64,000 bases of DNA from Pseudovirgaria hyperparasitica (lineage: Eukaryota): the NCBI GenBank assembly GCA_010093815.1, contig ML996575.1. One strand, written 5' to 3'. Of the stretch, positions 48,101-62,322 are shown piece by piece. Every line of letters starts with the position of its first letter. Within the stretch, counting starts at the first letter, position 1. A model generated the notes under the pieces. That model was not told where the DNA came from, made no database searches, and saw only the letters and a program-made list of their open reading frames with translations. The translations under genes were made by a program, and so were the position numbers.

Positions 48101-51100
48101 GATAGGTCTCCTTCTCGGAACCGACGTTATAGTACCTTAGAAGATAGATATCTATATAAGTACGTATATAATAACTATCGGTATATATGGCGGGATTACT
48201 ATACTAACCTTTACTACTACTATTTAACTAGTAGTACGCCGGGGAGTAACCGTTTCGTAGTATACCGTCCTCTAGCCACGAATACTTATACTAGTCCCGA
48301 TTATAATCTATTACTAGTATAAATTAGTCGTAGGAGATTACGTGTTTACCCTAACGTACGTAAGTATAAGGCTTAGTTAGAGCGGAGGCGTCTATGTATA
48401 TCTTACTAACTAAAATATAGCGTATATATTTATTATAAACCGTGGATTTAGATTGGTACGCATAAATAAAAATATAAGACTTAGTATATTAACGGACGAA
48501 ATAGACGCCCTCTATATATTTTAGACTAAAGTAGTCTCTTTAGATAGTACGGAGGAATTATCTATAAAGCTTACTCGGCTTAATAAAGTTAAATAGATAG
48601 GCGCGTTTAGTATAAAAATTTACGCTAAAGACGAAGTAACTACCTAGATATTTAATAAGATCGTCCGAAGTTACGCTATCTTATTTTATAATACTAGACT
48701 CGTAAATATTCTAGAGAAAGACTAGATGCGTATCCCTCTAGTAAGTGACTAGAAAACGGCTAGTATAAAGCTAAGCTACCGCATCTACCCGTTAGGAGCG
48801 AGCGGTAAGGCCATTATTAATAAGATATATAATAAGCTTTATATATAAGGTCGTATAGAATACCCGATATAGATAATACCGTTCGGTTTCCTAATATTTA
48901 TTATATACTCTATAGTAAAGTTACTTACCTAGATATTACGCGAGGACGCTAGTCGGGCAGTTAGAGATATAAGAGGCCTAAATAAAATTAGTATTAAGGA
49001 CTCCTACCTATTACTACTCTAGGGCGATATTATCTAATATATAGCCGGAAAGAAGTTCATATCTATCGTTAATATAGCTAGCTTCTTCTACTAGTGGCCG
49101 GTTACTAAGGAAGACTATTATAAACTAATATTTATATCGTACCGGGGCTAGGAGTAGTTAAACGTCGTTCTAATGGGTTTCTATAACTCTCTACCGTACG
49201 TATAGAGGTAGATTAATAAGATCTTACACGACGCTAGATACGAGGCGTTTACTATGGCATATATTAATAATATTCCCGTATTTAGTAAGGAACTTAACGA
49301 GTATCTTAACTACCTTTAGCGGGTGTTCGCTATACTATAAGTAAGAAACCTAACGCTTAAAGGTAAAAAGTATTACTTAGGATACCTATCTATTACCCTA
49401 CTTAGTTAGAAGGTCGACGCTTATAGACTCTCTACTATAGCTGAGAAATTAGTAGCTATACGTAATCTCTAGTATCCTAAAACGCTCGATAAGCTCGAAT
49501 ACTACCTTAGACTAACCGGATAGTTATAGTAATACGTGCTATATTACGCTTAGCTTACCTAGGATCTATAGGCCGAGAAAATGCGTCTTCTTAAAGAAGT
49601 ACCTTTAGCGAGATATATATATATAGTATACTATAAACGAATAAAGATCGCTCGAATAGACTAGCTATTAGCGTTATAGAAGGGTATTTAGGCCGCCTTC
49701 GCGGACGAGACTAAGCTCGTCTACTATAATCTAAAATAATAGCTCTACGTAGATATCGACGTATTAAAGTACGGCTTTAGAGTCTTCGCTTACTATATTA
49801 AAGAGGAAGTAGGCGATATTATAAAGATTAGATAATTAGATATCGAGCCTATTCTATACCTTAGTAAAGAACTCTCTATAGCCGAGTCGCGGTACTAGCT
49901 AATAGAGCTAGAAGTAGTAGCGGTCGTGTAGACTATACGCCGAATACGCTATATAGTTAACGGTTTAGACTAACTAACGATTATTATTACTAACTATATA
50001 GCCACGCCGAGTATCGTTTAATAGATAGCGCTTATAAGCTTATTAGTTAATAAGCTAAATCTCCGACTAGTACGGGCCTTATAGTATCTATTCTAGTTTA
50101 ACCTAGAGCTTAAATATAGGCTAGGTAAAGAACACGTGGTACCTAACGCTCTTTCTCGGCTCCGTTAGATCCACGATAGAGCCTAGCTAAGAGACTTAGA
50201 TATCCTTAAGAAGCTCTCGACGTTTAACGTCGTAATAGTTAAAATCAACCTAAAATTCGTAAGGTAGCTAGCTAACGCATATAATAATAATAAGTACTAG
50301 GTAAGTATAAAAGCTATAGTGCTAGACTAGGATAACGATGTTACCCGACTAATTCCTTTTTAATTTACTAATAGTATAGTTTATTACATCGATTAGCTTA
50401 ACGGACGATATTAGATCTACGTGCTAAAATCGCTTAATAGAGATATCTTTACTTAATTCTATAATAAAAGCGCTTATATAGGATTTTTCCGAGTATACGA
50501 TCGAATTCGTATAGACTACTTTATTTATCGGCTTATAAAGCGCCTAAAGCACTATATTTAGTACTATCCCACCTATAAAACTTACTAGATATAAAGATAT
50601 ACGCCGTATAGCGAATTAAAGCTAGTCTAGTTACCGCTAATACCATTTTATACGGTTATAATAGACTTTATTATTAGACTACTAATATAGAATAGGCTTA
50701 ATACGCTACTTACTATAACGGATAAGTTTACTAAGCAAATCTACCTCGTCCTAGGCCGGAATAACTAGACTACCACGTAATAGGTAACTACGTTTAGGAG
50801 GAGTATACTACTAGAATAGAGAGTTCTAGCCGTAATTATTTATAATAGGGACCGAAAATTCCTATTATTATTTTAGAAAGGAATTTTTAAGGGTATTAGT
50901 ACTAAAATCCTAGTATTAACCGCTTATTATAAATAGAGTAACGGTTAAAGTAAACGCACGAACTAAACGGTGGAGATTGCCCTATATTTCCTTATTTTAA
51001 TATCACTAGCCATAGGCTAGACGACCTATATCCTATTAGTCTAGCGGCTTATAAATAATTTAATAAACGCCTCGATATAAAAATCTCTAAATAAGATAGT

Positions 51101-54100
51101 ATACGGCTTCCGACTATCTAAAGGCACCCTATTTAAGAAGACTAGTTTAATAGAAGCGAATAATTACGCCCGAAAGCGTAATATGAACCGGAAAGAGGCG
51201 TTAGACGCGCTAGTATTCGCCTAGACGCGTATAAAGAAGCGTTTTAATAGGCGCTATACGTCTCTACTAGACCTCGCTCCTAGTAACTAGGTCTATATTT
51301 AACTATATAAAGGGTATAAGATTCTAGGCGCTTATTATAAGCTTAGCTAATAACGAGTCGGACCGGTACTAATTAAACGCGTAGTAGGCCGTTAGACGTA
51401 CGAACTAGAGCTACCGGAGATATAGAAAATATACCTAGTAATATCTATTAAATAGTTAGAACTATTTCTAAAGGATCGCGACCGTTTCAACCATAGAGAA
51501 GATATACACCTACTTACTATTATAAATAAGTAGATGGCGATAGCTATCTATAATCGGTACCATGTTCGAATTAGGCGTAATTATAAACTAACTATCGAAT
51601 ACTAGGTAACGGTATATAGCGATAGTCTAGAATTCGGTTAGTAGATACGGCGAAGCATACTCCTATTAGACTTAGTTAAAGAATACGACCTTAGATAAGC
51701 CTATAGAAATAGTCTACTAGGAGCCTAGCTAGGTTAACGACTACTTAAAGTCGCGATATCTATCCGCCCCTAGCCGTTATAGATAGAGAGCCGTTAATAT
51801 CTATTATAATAAGCGGCGTTATAATATATATATTTACTAAGCATCCTACGCATCTATAACTATTAAGTACTTCCTTACGTTATTTACTTAAAGGTTAGTA
51901 CCGGACCTAGATCCGTTAACTAAAGACGACTACTACGGTTAAGCTAACCGCACGGCCTACTATTCGTAGTCACTAATCTATAAATATTCTATAATATCGA
52001 CTAATTACTATATATAACTAGCTTTATCCTTACTAGACCTAGTATATCGATTTAGTAGACTTGTAATAGTTATATTTAATCTAAACTAACTAATATTCTC
52101 CTACGTCTACGTCTAAAGATAGGCGAAAAGTACTACTAGTAGTCTATAGAAAAGATTTAGGCGCGAGTAAATATCGACCTAGCTAACTAACTATTCTATA
52201 TAGCTCTATACGACGTGATAGCGAACTAGGTAGATTCTAAGAGTTTTCCTAGCTTATTAAAAGCTTTTCTACTAATTCTTCTAGAATATATGGTAATAGG
52301 ATACCCTTCGTCATCGGCTCTACCTATATAGGTCTCTAGCGACGGGCTAGTAGTAGGTAATTTCTCTATAACTAAATAACGGTACCTATTAAAATATAAT
52401 TTACAGCCGTTTTATATAGATTATTCTATTAATATTATAGAGGACCGTATAACTTAGCCGTCTATAAATATCTAGCCGTCCGACCGAGTAAAGTTACTAA
52501 TTATTATAGTAATAGAGTAACGGATTATAAGGAAGGGTACGGTCGGTATCTAATAGCCGGCCGTATTCTTAAAAGAAGGATAGTTTTAGGACGGTTGTCT
52601 CCCGCGCGGAGCCCCTAGCGTTTTAAATAATAAGGTCGCGATTATCTTTAATCCATTTATACTTAGTAGAGTAGCGATATTACCGCTATATTATTAGTAG
52701 ATTCTAGAAAAGACTCGTCCTAAGCCCTAGGTAATTAAAGATAAGCTATTTATAGTAAATGAAACCGACCGTTATACTTAGGCGGTACCCTTAGATATTA
52801 ATCTAATATATGGGCACGAAGATAATAATAGCGGTATTTTAGCTAAGCGACTATTAAAGATTATAAGCGCTATATATCCGACTATAAAAAGTCTAGTAGG
52901 CGATCTAATTTTAGCCTGATTACGATAAGTAGATTATATACGTACTACGTTACTTATATCGCTAACTACCGCTAATAATTCGGACTTTAGCTCGCTATAT
53001 AGTTAGTTAAGTAGATAGTAAATAAACTTAGGTAGCTTAGTACTAAACGTTAGTAACCTATTACTATTCACGTCTAAATCGAGTCGGGTAATTAATTTCG
53101 AAACTAGTACGCGAAGATTTAACCCGATCGCAATTCTATAGAAAGATTAGCCGAATAATAAGGAAGCGACTATATTAGATATCTACGTGTATAACCTTAA
53201 CGTAGTCGAAAGAATCATCGACTAGTTAATCTAGGCCGACGCCTATCTTACCGATATCTACTAATAACTATATAATATAACCTCGTCTATTAAGGTAAAT
53301 ATAGTTAACTAGAGAACCACGGTAGCTACCTAGGTATAATTTTTAACGTCCGTTCTAATAGCTACCGGGAATAACCTACGCGTAATACTTCTCGAGTAAG
53401 CTAAAACTCTTTATAAACTTATTAGTAATAAAGGTATTAACTTAGTCGAAAATAGATATAAGCGATCTATATTTAAGTATACTATTTTAACGACTAAAGA
53501 CTCCTTCGAAGTTAAGAGTAACCTAGATATATATATTATATTATTCTAGGACTTTCGGTAGAAAGTAAGCACTACTAAAAAGATATAGGGCCTTAATAGA
53601 GTAGTTATAGGAAGTCTAGTTTTTCAAAAACTAACTATTAAGAGGGACCCCTATATTATCTAACCTAAGCTCGTAAAGGAACGAGTTATTATCTTGTCTA
53701 ATAAGGAAGAAATTAATAGTAATTTTACTATAGTATAGCCCCGCCCGGTTATAAAGACAACCTTAGCTACCTTAAAAATATTATCTCGGTTATTTTAACG
53801 AAAGTCTAAGTAGCCTAATTTAGTCGACCGTCTAGGTCTCCTACCTAGCCTAAGTAAGTTAGCTTGTCCTCTAGCCGACTATAGAGAACTAGGATATTAC
53901 TCGTACTAAATAGGTAAGCTAATTAAGCGACTAGAGCCTCTAGGGGAGGTAGTTAACCTCCTTAAGTCTATAAAGTTAATTTATAAGTGCGATAAATACG
54001 CTATAAGGTCGTTTAATAACGAAATTAGCGAGTATATATAGGAGTACCTAAACCGTACCTACGACGCTAAATATAAGTTTTATACTAAGGAGTTAAGACT

Positions 54101-54744
54101 AAAGTAAATGGTTAAATACTACTAGAATATCTACCGCTATTATAGCTTTAGACTCGAAGACGCTACTACGGCTATTTATAGTTACGAGTAGTACGAACCT
54201 TACCTTACTAAAATACTACCGAATAGACTATTATATTATAAGACGTACTAAAAGGTTATAAAGCTAGTTTTTCTAGATAATAACTCTAATAGCGTATAAG
54301 GTAAGCCTGTAATAGCTTTACACGAACTAACTAGCGTACTATCTACCGGTAAAGTATAGTAAGTTAACTAGGATGATAATAAAGACGTTAAGGTTACCGA
54401 GCCACTAGCTAAGCGATAAGGTCGCCCTAAGGGGACTATAAAGTATATCGTGCCCGCTAAGGAACTTCCTAGCGTCGGTTTAGCCGTAGGTCGACCGCGC
54501 CGTAGTGTCTATAAAGATATAAACCCGTGCCTAGCTAAGCGTCCCGCGTAAAGCCACTAAGGGTAGTAGCGGGTTTTCTTAAATTCGGGCACCTTATTAT
54601 AGCTATAGTAGTAGTATATACTATATATAATTAATATAGGTAGTTACGAACCGGTCGTTTATATAAATATAACCGACCGGATACGTATATAGAAAATGGT
54701 ATACTTTATAACTAATACAACTTGACTTGTTAATGATCTTAACA
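45198..54744 (+). mobile_element. RIP-degraded Ty3/gypsy LTR retrotransposon 2 (9547 bp), nested in the copia
   Basis: 150-bp LTRs at 45198-45347 and 54595-54744 with perfect TSD TAGAG. RT relic AYINNI (YV/IDDI) near 49260, followed by RNase H and integrase relics. Confidence 0.92.
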
Positions 54745-55490
54745 TAGAGCTAACTATTATAGGGATATTTATAGTAAGTAGAGCTTTCTACTATAATTAA
54801 TTAATCTTATAACTTCTTAGCTCCCTCTTAATAGCTATTTACTACTAATACTAATTAGAAGAATTTCTAGCCTCTTTTAGATTTAAAGGAATATCTATAT
54901 TAGAGGTAGTATTAACTAATAGAGTATAGATTATTTCCTTCTCTTCCATATCTATAAAATTTATAGAGTTATTAAAATAAATTATATACTTATATTTCCT
55001 CCTAAAATAAGATATATTAGAAGGTAATCTTAATAGATATAGATTTTTATAAGGTAGGTTATAGCTAGAGGAAGATTTAAATTTTAGTTAATTTACCCTA
55101 GGCGTAGTAGAAGGCGTCCTACTATAAGAAAGGGTAGATAATCTTTATTAGGGTATCTTAGTAAGATTTATTATATTATCTATATAGGGCTAGAGATTCT
55201 ATATATTTTAGATTATAACTAGTATATTATAAGATACTTCTCTATTATCTAACTCTTCTTTAGAGCTATCTCTTTCTATAATAATTAAGGAAAGAGATTA
55301 CTATAGAAGTAGTCTTAGATTAAAGGGTATAAAAGTAATATCTTATAACTTAATAATAACCTTATAATTAGAAATATAGTACTTATAGATTTTATCTAAT
55401 TTACTATAGCTAACTAGAATACCTTTCTCTAATCTATAAAGGAGCTTACTATCTAGCTTTTATACTTCTTTTAGAATATATATATAGTAG

Positions 55491-55642
55491 TATCAGGCAC
55501 GTGAGGAGCACGTGGCCTGCCAGTTGATTCTACATGTGTGTAGCAGTCGTATATAAGCAGTGTGCTCCACCCTTGAAGCAGTAGCTTCAAGATTCGGTCC
55601 TTTTGGTGTAGTTGGTTGGTGCGTGGAGCCCGCCTCCTTACA
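55491..55642. mobile_element. 152-bp solo LTR of a fourth family, largely unmutated by RIP
   Basis: TA(TG)...CA ends, perfect TSD AGTAG, internal TATATAA. Visibly GC-richer than its surroundings and retains CpA/TpG. Confidence 0.8.
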
Positions 55643-58597
55643 AGTAGATAACTCTAAATAGATATAAGTTTTAGATAGAAGGCTTCTTACTAAAGAGAGT
55701 ATAATATAGTATATTAACTATTAGAAGAGAGGTATATAGTATAATATTCTTAATAAATATTATTATATAAATTACTTTAGTCTAGAATTTTAACTTAGTA
55801 TTAGAAGAGAGAATAGATCTTACTAATATTTAAACTATATAGTTAAACCTTTCGGCTATTCCGTTTAACTTATAAGAGTAGATAGAAGAGATAATATAAA
55901 TAGTACCTGTTTTATAAAAGAAGTCTTAAAGACTTTTAGTAATATATTTACTACCTTAGTTAGATATAAATTCTTTAATATCTATATTAAACTACTTCTT
56001 AATATATATAAAGAACTATATAATAATATTAGAAGCTTCTAATTTATACTTTATAAAGCGGACTTATATAAAGTAAGTTAATTCTTTAATAAAGGAAATA
56101 TAGTACTATAATCTATTTAGAGACTTATATAGTATTTTACTAGAGAGATCGCTATAAACTCTACTAAACTATATCTTATATTATCTATTTAAGCTTAAAG
56201 GCTTCTTATATATAGATTTAGATATACTATAACTCTTATAGTAGAAGTTACTTAGCCGCTTAGGAATTATATTAAAATCTTTATAAAGTCTTTTAGAATT
56301 TATAATATAATAATAACCTATAGTATAATAGAATTCTTTATATAATATAAAGTATACTATAGTATATAATAGAAGTAGAGGAGATATATAGCGTAGATGA
56401 ATCTTTATAAGGCCCTTATAAAATTTTACCTATATTACTTTAGATCTATAGTAGTTATATAGAAAGAGATTATTCCCTTTTACTCTTAAGCTATACCTTT
56501 AATTCCTAATATATAACTAGAAGAAAAGATATATAGAATTTAGTTACTTACTAAAAAGGATATTAGTAAGTTTAACCTTTTTTATAGAACTATCTAAGAG
56601 GATATAATCTAAGAAAACTATTCTAATACTATTAATTAGAATCTTCTAATAATTTATAATTAATATATTATCTAAGTTACGCGGTTCTAGAGAGAAGAAG
56701 TTATCTATATAGCCTAATATATATCTTAAGGCTCTAGAATTAAAAATCTAATTATAGATATCTATAATAATATTAGAATTTATAAGAAGTCTAATAGCTT
56801 TAATATTAAGGTCTAAAAGAGTTACTAAATTAAGAAGAGGACTTACTATATAAGATCTCTTACTATTTATATTAGCTATAGTAGTAAAGAAACTAATAAT
56901 ATTATTATCGGAGTTAGAGTTAGATTTAGAATCTAAAATTTTAATAACTTTAGTCTTATTAGCCTTTTATTACTTACTTAAGGAGTCCTTTTTAGAGAAG
57001 GACTTAGAAGCCTTCTTACTTTTAGACTTATTATCTTCTTTAGAGGCTTTAAGTTTATAATAGTCTTAATACTTATAACCTTTAGAAGAGAAGCCGCGTT
57101 TCTTATACTAGGTATATTTAACGTTAGAGGTAGAGGCGGAGATAGAGAAGTTAGACTTCTTTAACTTAGAAGGCTAACTAGACTTACCCTTATAGCTTAC
57201 TTTATAGCTAGTAGTATTAGATTTAATACTATATTTCTTAGCTAGGTTAAGTATCTTTAGCTCGATATCTTAAAAATATAATATATCTTAAGTTAATAAA
57301 TTATTAATAATATAGTCTATAGTATTAGGTAATAAAATAAAAAAGAATAAGCCCTTAATCTCTTTAGACTTAAAGATTAGATATATTACTTTTATAACTA
57401 TATAAGATAAAGTAGTATATCTTTTTACTATTTATATCTAGATATAATAGAAATTATTAATATATTTATAGATATCTTCTCTATCTTTATAGTAGAGGTT
57501 AGTAAGTAATCTAAATAGATATATTAAAGAATTATCTATATTATAGTTAAAACGTAATAATAGATAACTCTATATAGCTACTACTATATTATAGGAAGTA
57601 AGATCTATAATAAGATCTTAATATATTAATAAGAGTAATATAATTATTATCTTATTATCCTTTATATTCTAATCTATTATATCTATATATAAATCCGTAA
57701 CTCTAGTACTAAAGGGTCTAATAACTCTACTAGAGACTATTATCTATAATTATATATATTTAAATATAATTATCTAAGCTAATCTCTACTTAGGGAAATT
57801 TTCTTCTCTTAAAGATAGCTTAGATAGAGAGAATAGGTTAAGTTTAAAGTTAATAGATATATTTATTATTAATAAGTTCTTTAAGTTCCTTCTCTTTTCT
57901 TTATATAGAACTTATTCTAACTCTTTCTATTTATTATATATTTATAAGGAAGATAGTAAAGATAAAAGAGGTAGAAGAATAGTATAGAGAATAATATAGA
58001 GGCCAGGAGTTAATAAGATAGTAGAATTAAAGTAAAACTTTAATAAGATTAATAAGATAACTAAGTTTTAGAGAAGGGACTTACTTTTATTAAAATATAA
58101 TAGTTTTTATTAATAAAGAGGTGTTTTAAGGCTTTTATAGTAAAGCGCTAGGCTTATAATCTATTATAAGAGAAACGGAGACGTAATTAAGGTTATTAAA
58201 TATATTCTATAATTATATAAAGAACTAAGTTCTAGGAGACAGAGTCAAAGCTATTTAACCGTTTAGACACTAGTCCTATTTAGGAAACAGTGTCCCTCAC
58301 TCAAAGTGCCTTCCGACAACAGACTGCGGGGTTGACTGTATGGTGGTTAAATGGCAAGATTCTAGGAAAAATCGGTGTTTATACAGTCTTTTGTGGCCTT
58401 AGGCCGAACCAGAGTATATACAGGAGTTGAACCAAGCTCTGATATACACCATTTCAGAACGCCATTCATGCTTCACGCCTCTCCACCGCCCAAATACGCC
58501 TCGTAGTGTGTCAATATATGGCCTGATGTATTCAGATGTCTTAAGATTTGTAACGCCAGTATAGTATTAAAACATGTACAATGTTGCGGTCGGTCGC

Positions 58598-60125
58598 TTA
58601 TTGCCTCTTGCTGATAGATTGGGGTGCACCATTGCTGTGTGGATGATTGTGGTCGTGGTCGTGATCGTGGTCGTGATCCGCTTGTAGCTCACGCGATCGC
58701 GGATCGAAGTTGATGAACTCGTCGAATACGTTTGGATCGGTATTATCTGCAACGAATCGGACACGTAGTCTCTTAACACCCTTGATCTTCTCGCCAATCC
58801 TTTCCCGCACTATTGTCTCGACTTCACGAGTCTTGGTGATGGTCCAGCTCTCTGGCACAGCTAATTCAATGTCCATCAGGTAGTTCTGGCCCGACTTGAC
58901 ACCCTCGACGTTCCGTACACCAACCGATGATTCTCCGATGCTCTCGAGTGCCTGAGTTGCCCGCCCCCGTACGTTGTTTACCATCTCCTCCTCTACGCCG
59001 ACATCTGCAAGTTCAAGAAGTGCGGCTTTGGTATTTCCGTAACCTGCCTGTACAACCATGAGAGAGATTACAAGGCCGCCGACAGGGTCTAGCCAGGAGG
59101 CGTTTGTGAGAAAATTCGAACCCCCAATCATGAGAAGGGCCACGAATGCTGTGAGTGAGTCTACACGATGGTGGTATGCGTTGGAGGCAAGGACAGAGGA
59201 TTTGCGCTCGTTGGCGACTTTGAGAGCTAGAAAAAAAAGTCAGCAGGGTCTCCTCGACTGGATGGTGATGATTTTGTTCCTCACTTGCTCGATACAGCCA
59301 TTCTTTGATCACGATGGAGCCTGCCGCTAGCCATATTGCGTTTATATTGGGCCCCAATTCTTCCACTCCGTGATGGTGAGAGTGTCCGTGTCCCATGATT
59401 CCCAGATTCGATGCCAAGTCGGCAAAGTCTGGGAAGAATTGTTGGCAGATTGCAGCCAGTGCGGCCCATCCCATCATCAATCCTCCTCCTACGAGTAGTC
59501 CACTGACACCAAGAGAACCTAAGCTCTCGAACTTGCCATATCCGCCCGGAAAGCGAGTCGATGGTGGTTTCAGCGACCAGGAGATGGTTGCCAGCGTCAT
59601 GAAGTCGCTGATAAGATCCGTCAGGCTATGAATTGCATCTGCTAGTAGTGCTAGAAATATTATCAGCTCAAGAGGTCGTGGGAAAGCCTTGTGATGCCAT
59701 AGTCACGTACCTTGGCTGTTGAAGAAATAACCCCCTACCCCCTTCCCGATGGCCATGCCAAAGTTGACATACAGGCCAATTCTTGTGATTTTTACGCCAG
59801 CATCGTTCTTATTCTGTGACAGGAGATATGTATTATCGTGATGATGGTGATGGTGCGAGTGGCCAACATGGTGCCTGATCTGCGTTATGGTACTGGTAGC
59901 CATGGCGGAAGTTGGACGAGGTCGGAGGGATGTCGAGTGAGGATTATGCAGGACAAGTGATTTATGTAAAGAAGGACGTAAGCAGAGTGCGTCAGGACCG
60001 GTGCGGAGTACACGAAACTGGTGGAACCGATATAGTGAAGGGGTAGATGAGGTGTGGTAGATTGTATGCAGTATTGTACTTGTCCTCCGAATTACGGGTG
60101 AGCCGCCATGGATGGGCGGCAACAT
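58598..60125 (-). CDS. Cation diffusion facilitator, mitochondrial metal transporter (Mmt1/Mmt2-like), multi-exon
   Basis: HSHHHHHDNTYL, ITRIGLYVN, ADAIHSLTD, GYGKFESLG, KEWLY, NAYHHRVD, LDPVGGL, and a His/Asp-rich tail. The start codon is uncertain. Confidence 0.9.
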
Positions 60126-61365
60126 CAAGGCTGGCGCGACAAGGCTAATGCGACGGTCAGAGCCAATTTACGCGTCTTGATGTCGCAAGAGAGAGTACGT
60201 CGAGAAGAAGTCCAGGGCAATACAGCAATGACAACAACGTTCGTCTCGAGTTGATAGAGTCGTCGCGGGAACTGTAGGTTCTCTCCATCGCCATGCGCGG
60301 GCAAAGCACCGAAGCGTGGATGTGGGGATGGAAGGATGGATCGTTTAGTGGACCGACCGGCACACCGAACGCTGAATCTACTTCACCAGGTTCATGCCTA
60401 TCTATTTTGACGATACATCCGTCTCGTCAAGCTTTACGCTTCTTTTCTTGGCTACGTGACCACCTGCTATCTCGGTGTTGTTCCAACTCTAGCTGTGATA
60501 CTTGCTTCCGGTCGCTACGATATCCTTGCCACGGTGCCTGGCTGAACGGGGTAGCAAGTGTCGAAATAACATCCTGCATCGTTTCATCGAAGCCCAAAGG
60601 AGAAACGAGCTTCCATGACTCGACCTGCCTATTCTCTCCGGGATCCATGATTAAAACATCAACGGCTATTGGTTTCGGGGTTTGCAGCAGATCAGTGCGG
60701 GAACATCCGAGCATGGACTGCACTCTACTCGGTGCGCGACGCGTATGCGCTGATCTGAAACTATTCTAGCGATGAAGACAAAGTGAAGCCTTCCCCAGAT
60801 CTCACGCCAGAAACTGGAAAGTCTAGATCGCCCCTTGGAATCGAATGATGCCTTCAGATTTCAGACATCACGCAGTACGCGTACTTGCAAGACCGGCGTA
60901 AGAGAAAGCTTAGCTACACGACGACGGCCTGCACTTATGCGATAGCACGATAGTTTGGACGTATATTTGAAGCTCTAAGATGCCGAGCGCACTGTCATTT
61001 CAAACCTCACTAACATTGCGAAGCATGAAACTAGGTATGGGTACTCTCATTGGAATTTCAGCGATGACTACCATCAGATGAAATTTGAAACAAATGAAAA
61101 TCCCAAAAGATCGTCGCCCTCACGTTCACATCCGCATGTTCAGAAAGAGACTAAGTTTCAGGGCAAGATGAAGCGACCTCATATCTAGCCCGGCACATCT
61201 GTAGTATGTTTTACCGACACATAGTGAGCGCTAAGGCACGTCATTCCGCTTGCTGTAGTACGAAGAGCAGATGCCGACTTTCATGTTTCCAAGTCAGTGA
61301 CACATTTGGTAGATCCAGACAATTTTCTCATACTCATCCAGGTTCATCCTTCCAAGTCAATCAGC

Positions 61366-62322
61366 ATGTCAGCAGGCTTCTTCCCGAAAAGCGAGTCACT
61401 CGAAGTCAACGAACTGTGGAAAGGCCTCATCACAGCTTCTCATATATTGCACTATCACCGTGTCCTTGATGCTTACGGTCACATCTCAGTCCGCAATCCA
61501 GATAATGCAAACACATTTTACATGACCCGCAAAGTTGCTCCAGCACTCGCAAGTCGAGGCGAAGACATTGTAGAATACAAGGTAGAAGATGCAACACCTG
61601 TACAATCCAATGCGCCAGACGGTTTCATCGAGCGATACATCCACAGCGAAATATACAAGCGCTTCCCGTCGATGAACTGTGTTATCCACAGTCACTGTCG
61701 CGAAATCTTGCCGTACTGCATCAACGACATCCCCTTACAGGCAGTCATTCATCAAGCCGGATTTATAGGCAGCCGAGCCCCAGTATGGGATATCTCAAGC
61801 ACATACTCGACGTTCTCATCCTCCGATCCGTATGACCTACTTGTCCGAAACACCTCTATAGGCAGTTCTCTCGCCGCTGAGTTCAAGCCTTCCACGTCTG
61901 CTGGATTTATCTTCTCACAGATGAAATCCGCGCTGCCGAACATCGCCGGGAAGTCGTCGAACAACACTAGCGTTCCATCCTATGCAGTCGTTCTCATGCG
62001 TGGCCATGGTTTCACAACATGTGCTGAAGGCATTGAAGCTGCTGTGTATCAAGCGATCTATACTAAGGAGAACGCCATCGTGCAGACTACGGCACTGAAT
62101 ATGAAGAACGCAGTCAGCGGAAGCACTATTGAAGGCAAAGTGGATGTTGAGGGCAGCGGAAAGATCAAGGATGGAAAGTTGAAGTCTGACAAGGGATTAC
62201 GTGGACTGAGTGATAAAGAAATTGCAGATACAGTTAAGATGAATCAGGAGTCAATGATGAGGCCATGGGAGTTGTGGTGTCGAGAGGTCGAGGTGCAGCC
62301 TCTGTATATCAACGAATGTTAG
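61366..62322 (+). CDS. Class II aldolase/adducin-domain protein
   Basis: LDAYGHISVRNP, ERYIHSEIY, VIHSH, LMRGHG metal-binding motifs and RPWELW C-terminus. Confidence 0.88.
   Translation: MSAGFFPKSESLEVNELWKGLITASHILHYHRVLDAYGHISVRNPDNANTFYMTRKVAPALASRGEDIVEYKVEDATPVQSNAPDGFIERYIHSEIYKRFPSMNCVIHSHCREILPYCINDIPLQAVIHQAGFIGSRAPVWDISSTYSTFSSSDPYDLLVRNTSIGSSLAAEFKPSTSAGFIFSQMKSALPNIAGKSSNNTSVPSYAVVLMRGHGFTTCAEGIEAAVYQAIYTKENAIVQTTALNMKNAVSGSTIEGKVDVEGSGKIKDGKLKSDKGLRGLSDKEIADTVKMNQESMMRPWELWCREVEVQPLYINEC

Larger units (their letters stand above)
36494..58321 (-). mobile_element. RIP-degraded Ty1/copia LTR retrotransposon (about 5.07 kb after removing three nested insertions)
   Basis: 160-bp LTRs at 36494-36653 and 58162-58321, TSD AACTA/GACTG (differing by G>A only), PBS relic GATTATAAGCC and PPT AGGGGAG on the minus strand. 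RT relics YRLK*S (YGLKQS) near 44890 and YINNLLL (YVDDLLL) near 44770. Confidence 0.9.

Noticed and set aside
36100..58500. 22-kb ORF-free AT-rich block as a centromere or foreign DNA
   Set aside because: Almost entirely explained by four nested RIP-mutated LTR elements with TSDs. Centromere status cannot be judged from sequence.
60157..60769. Short overlapping ORFs between the CDF and aldolase genes
   Set aside because: No recognisable motifs or consistent gene structure. Likely a divergent promoter/UTR region.
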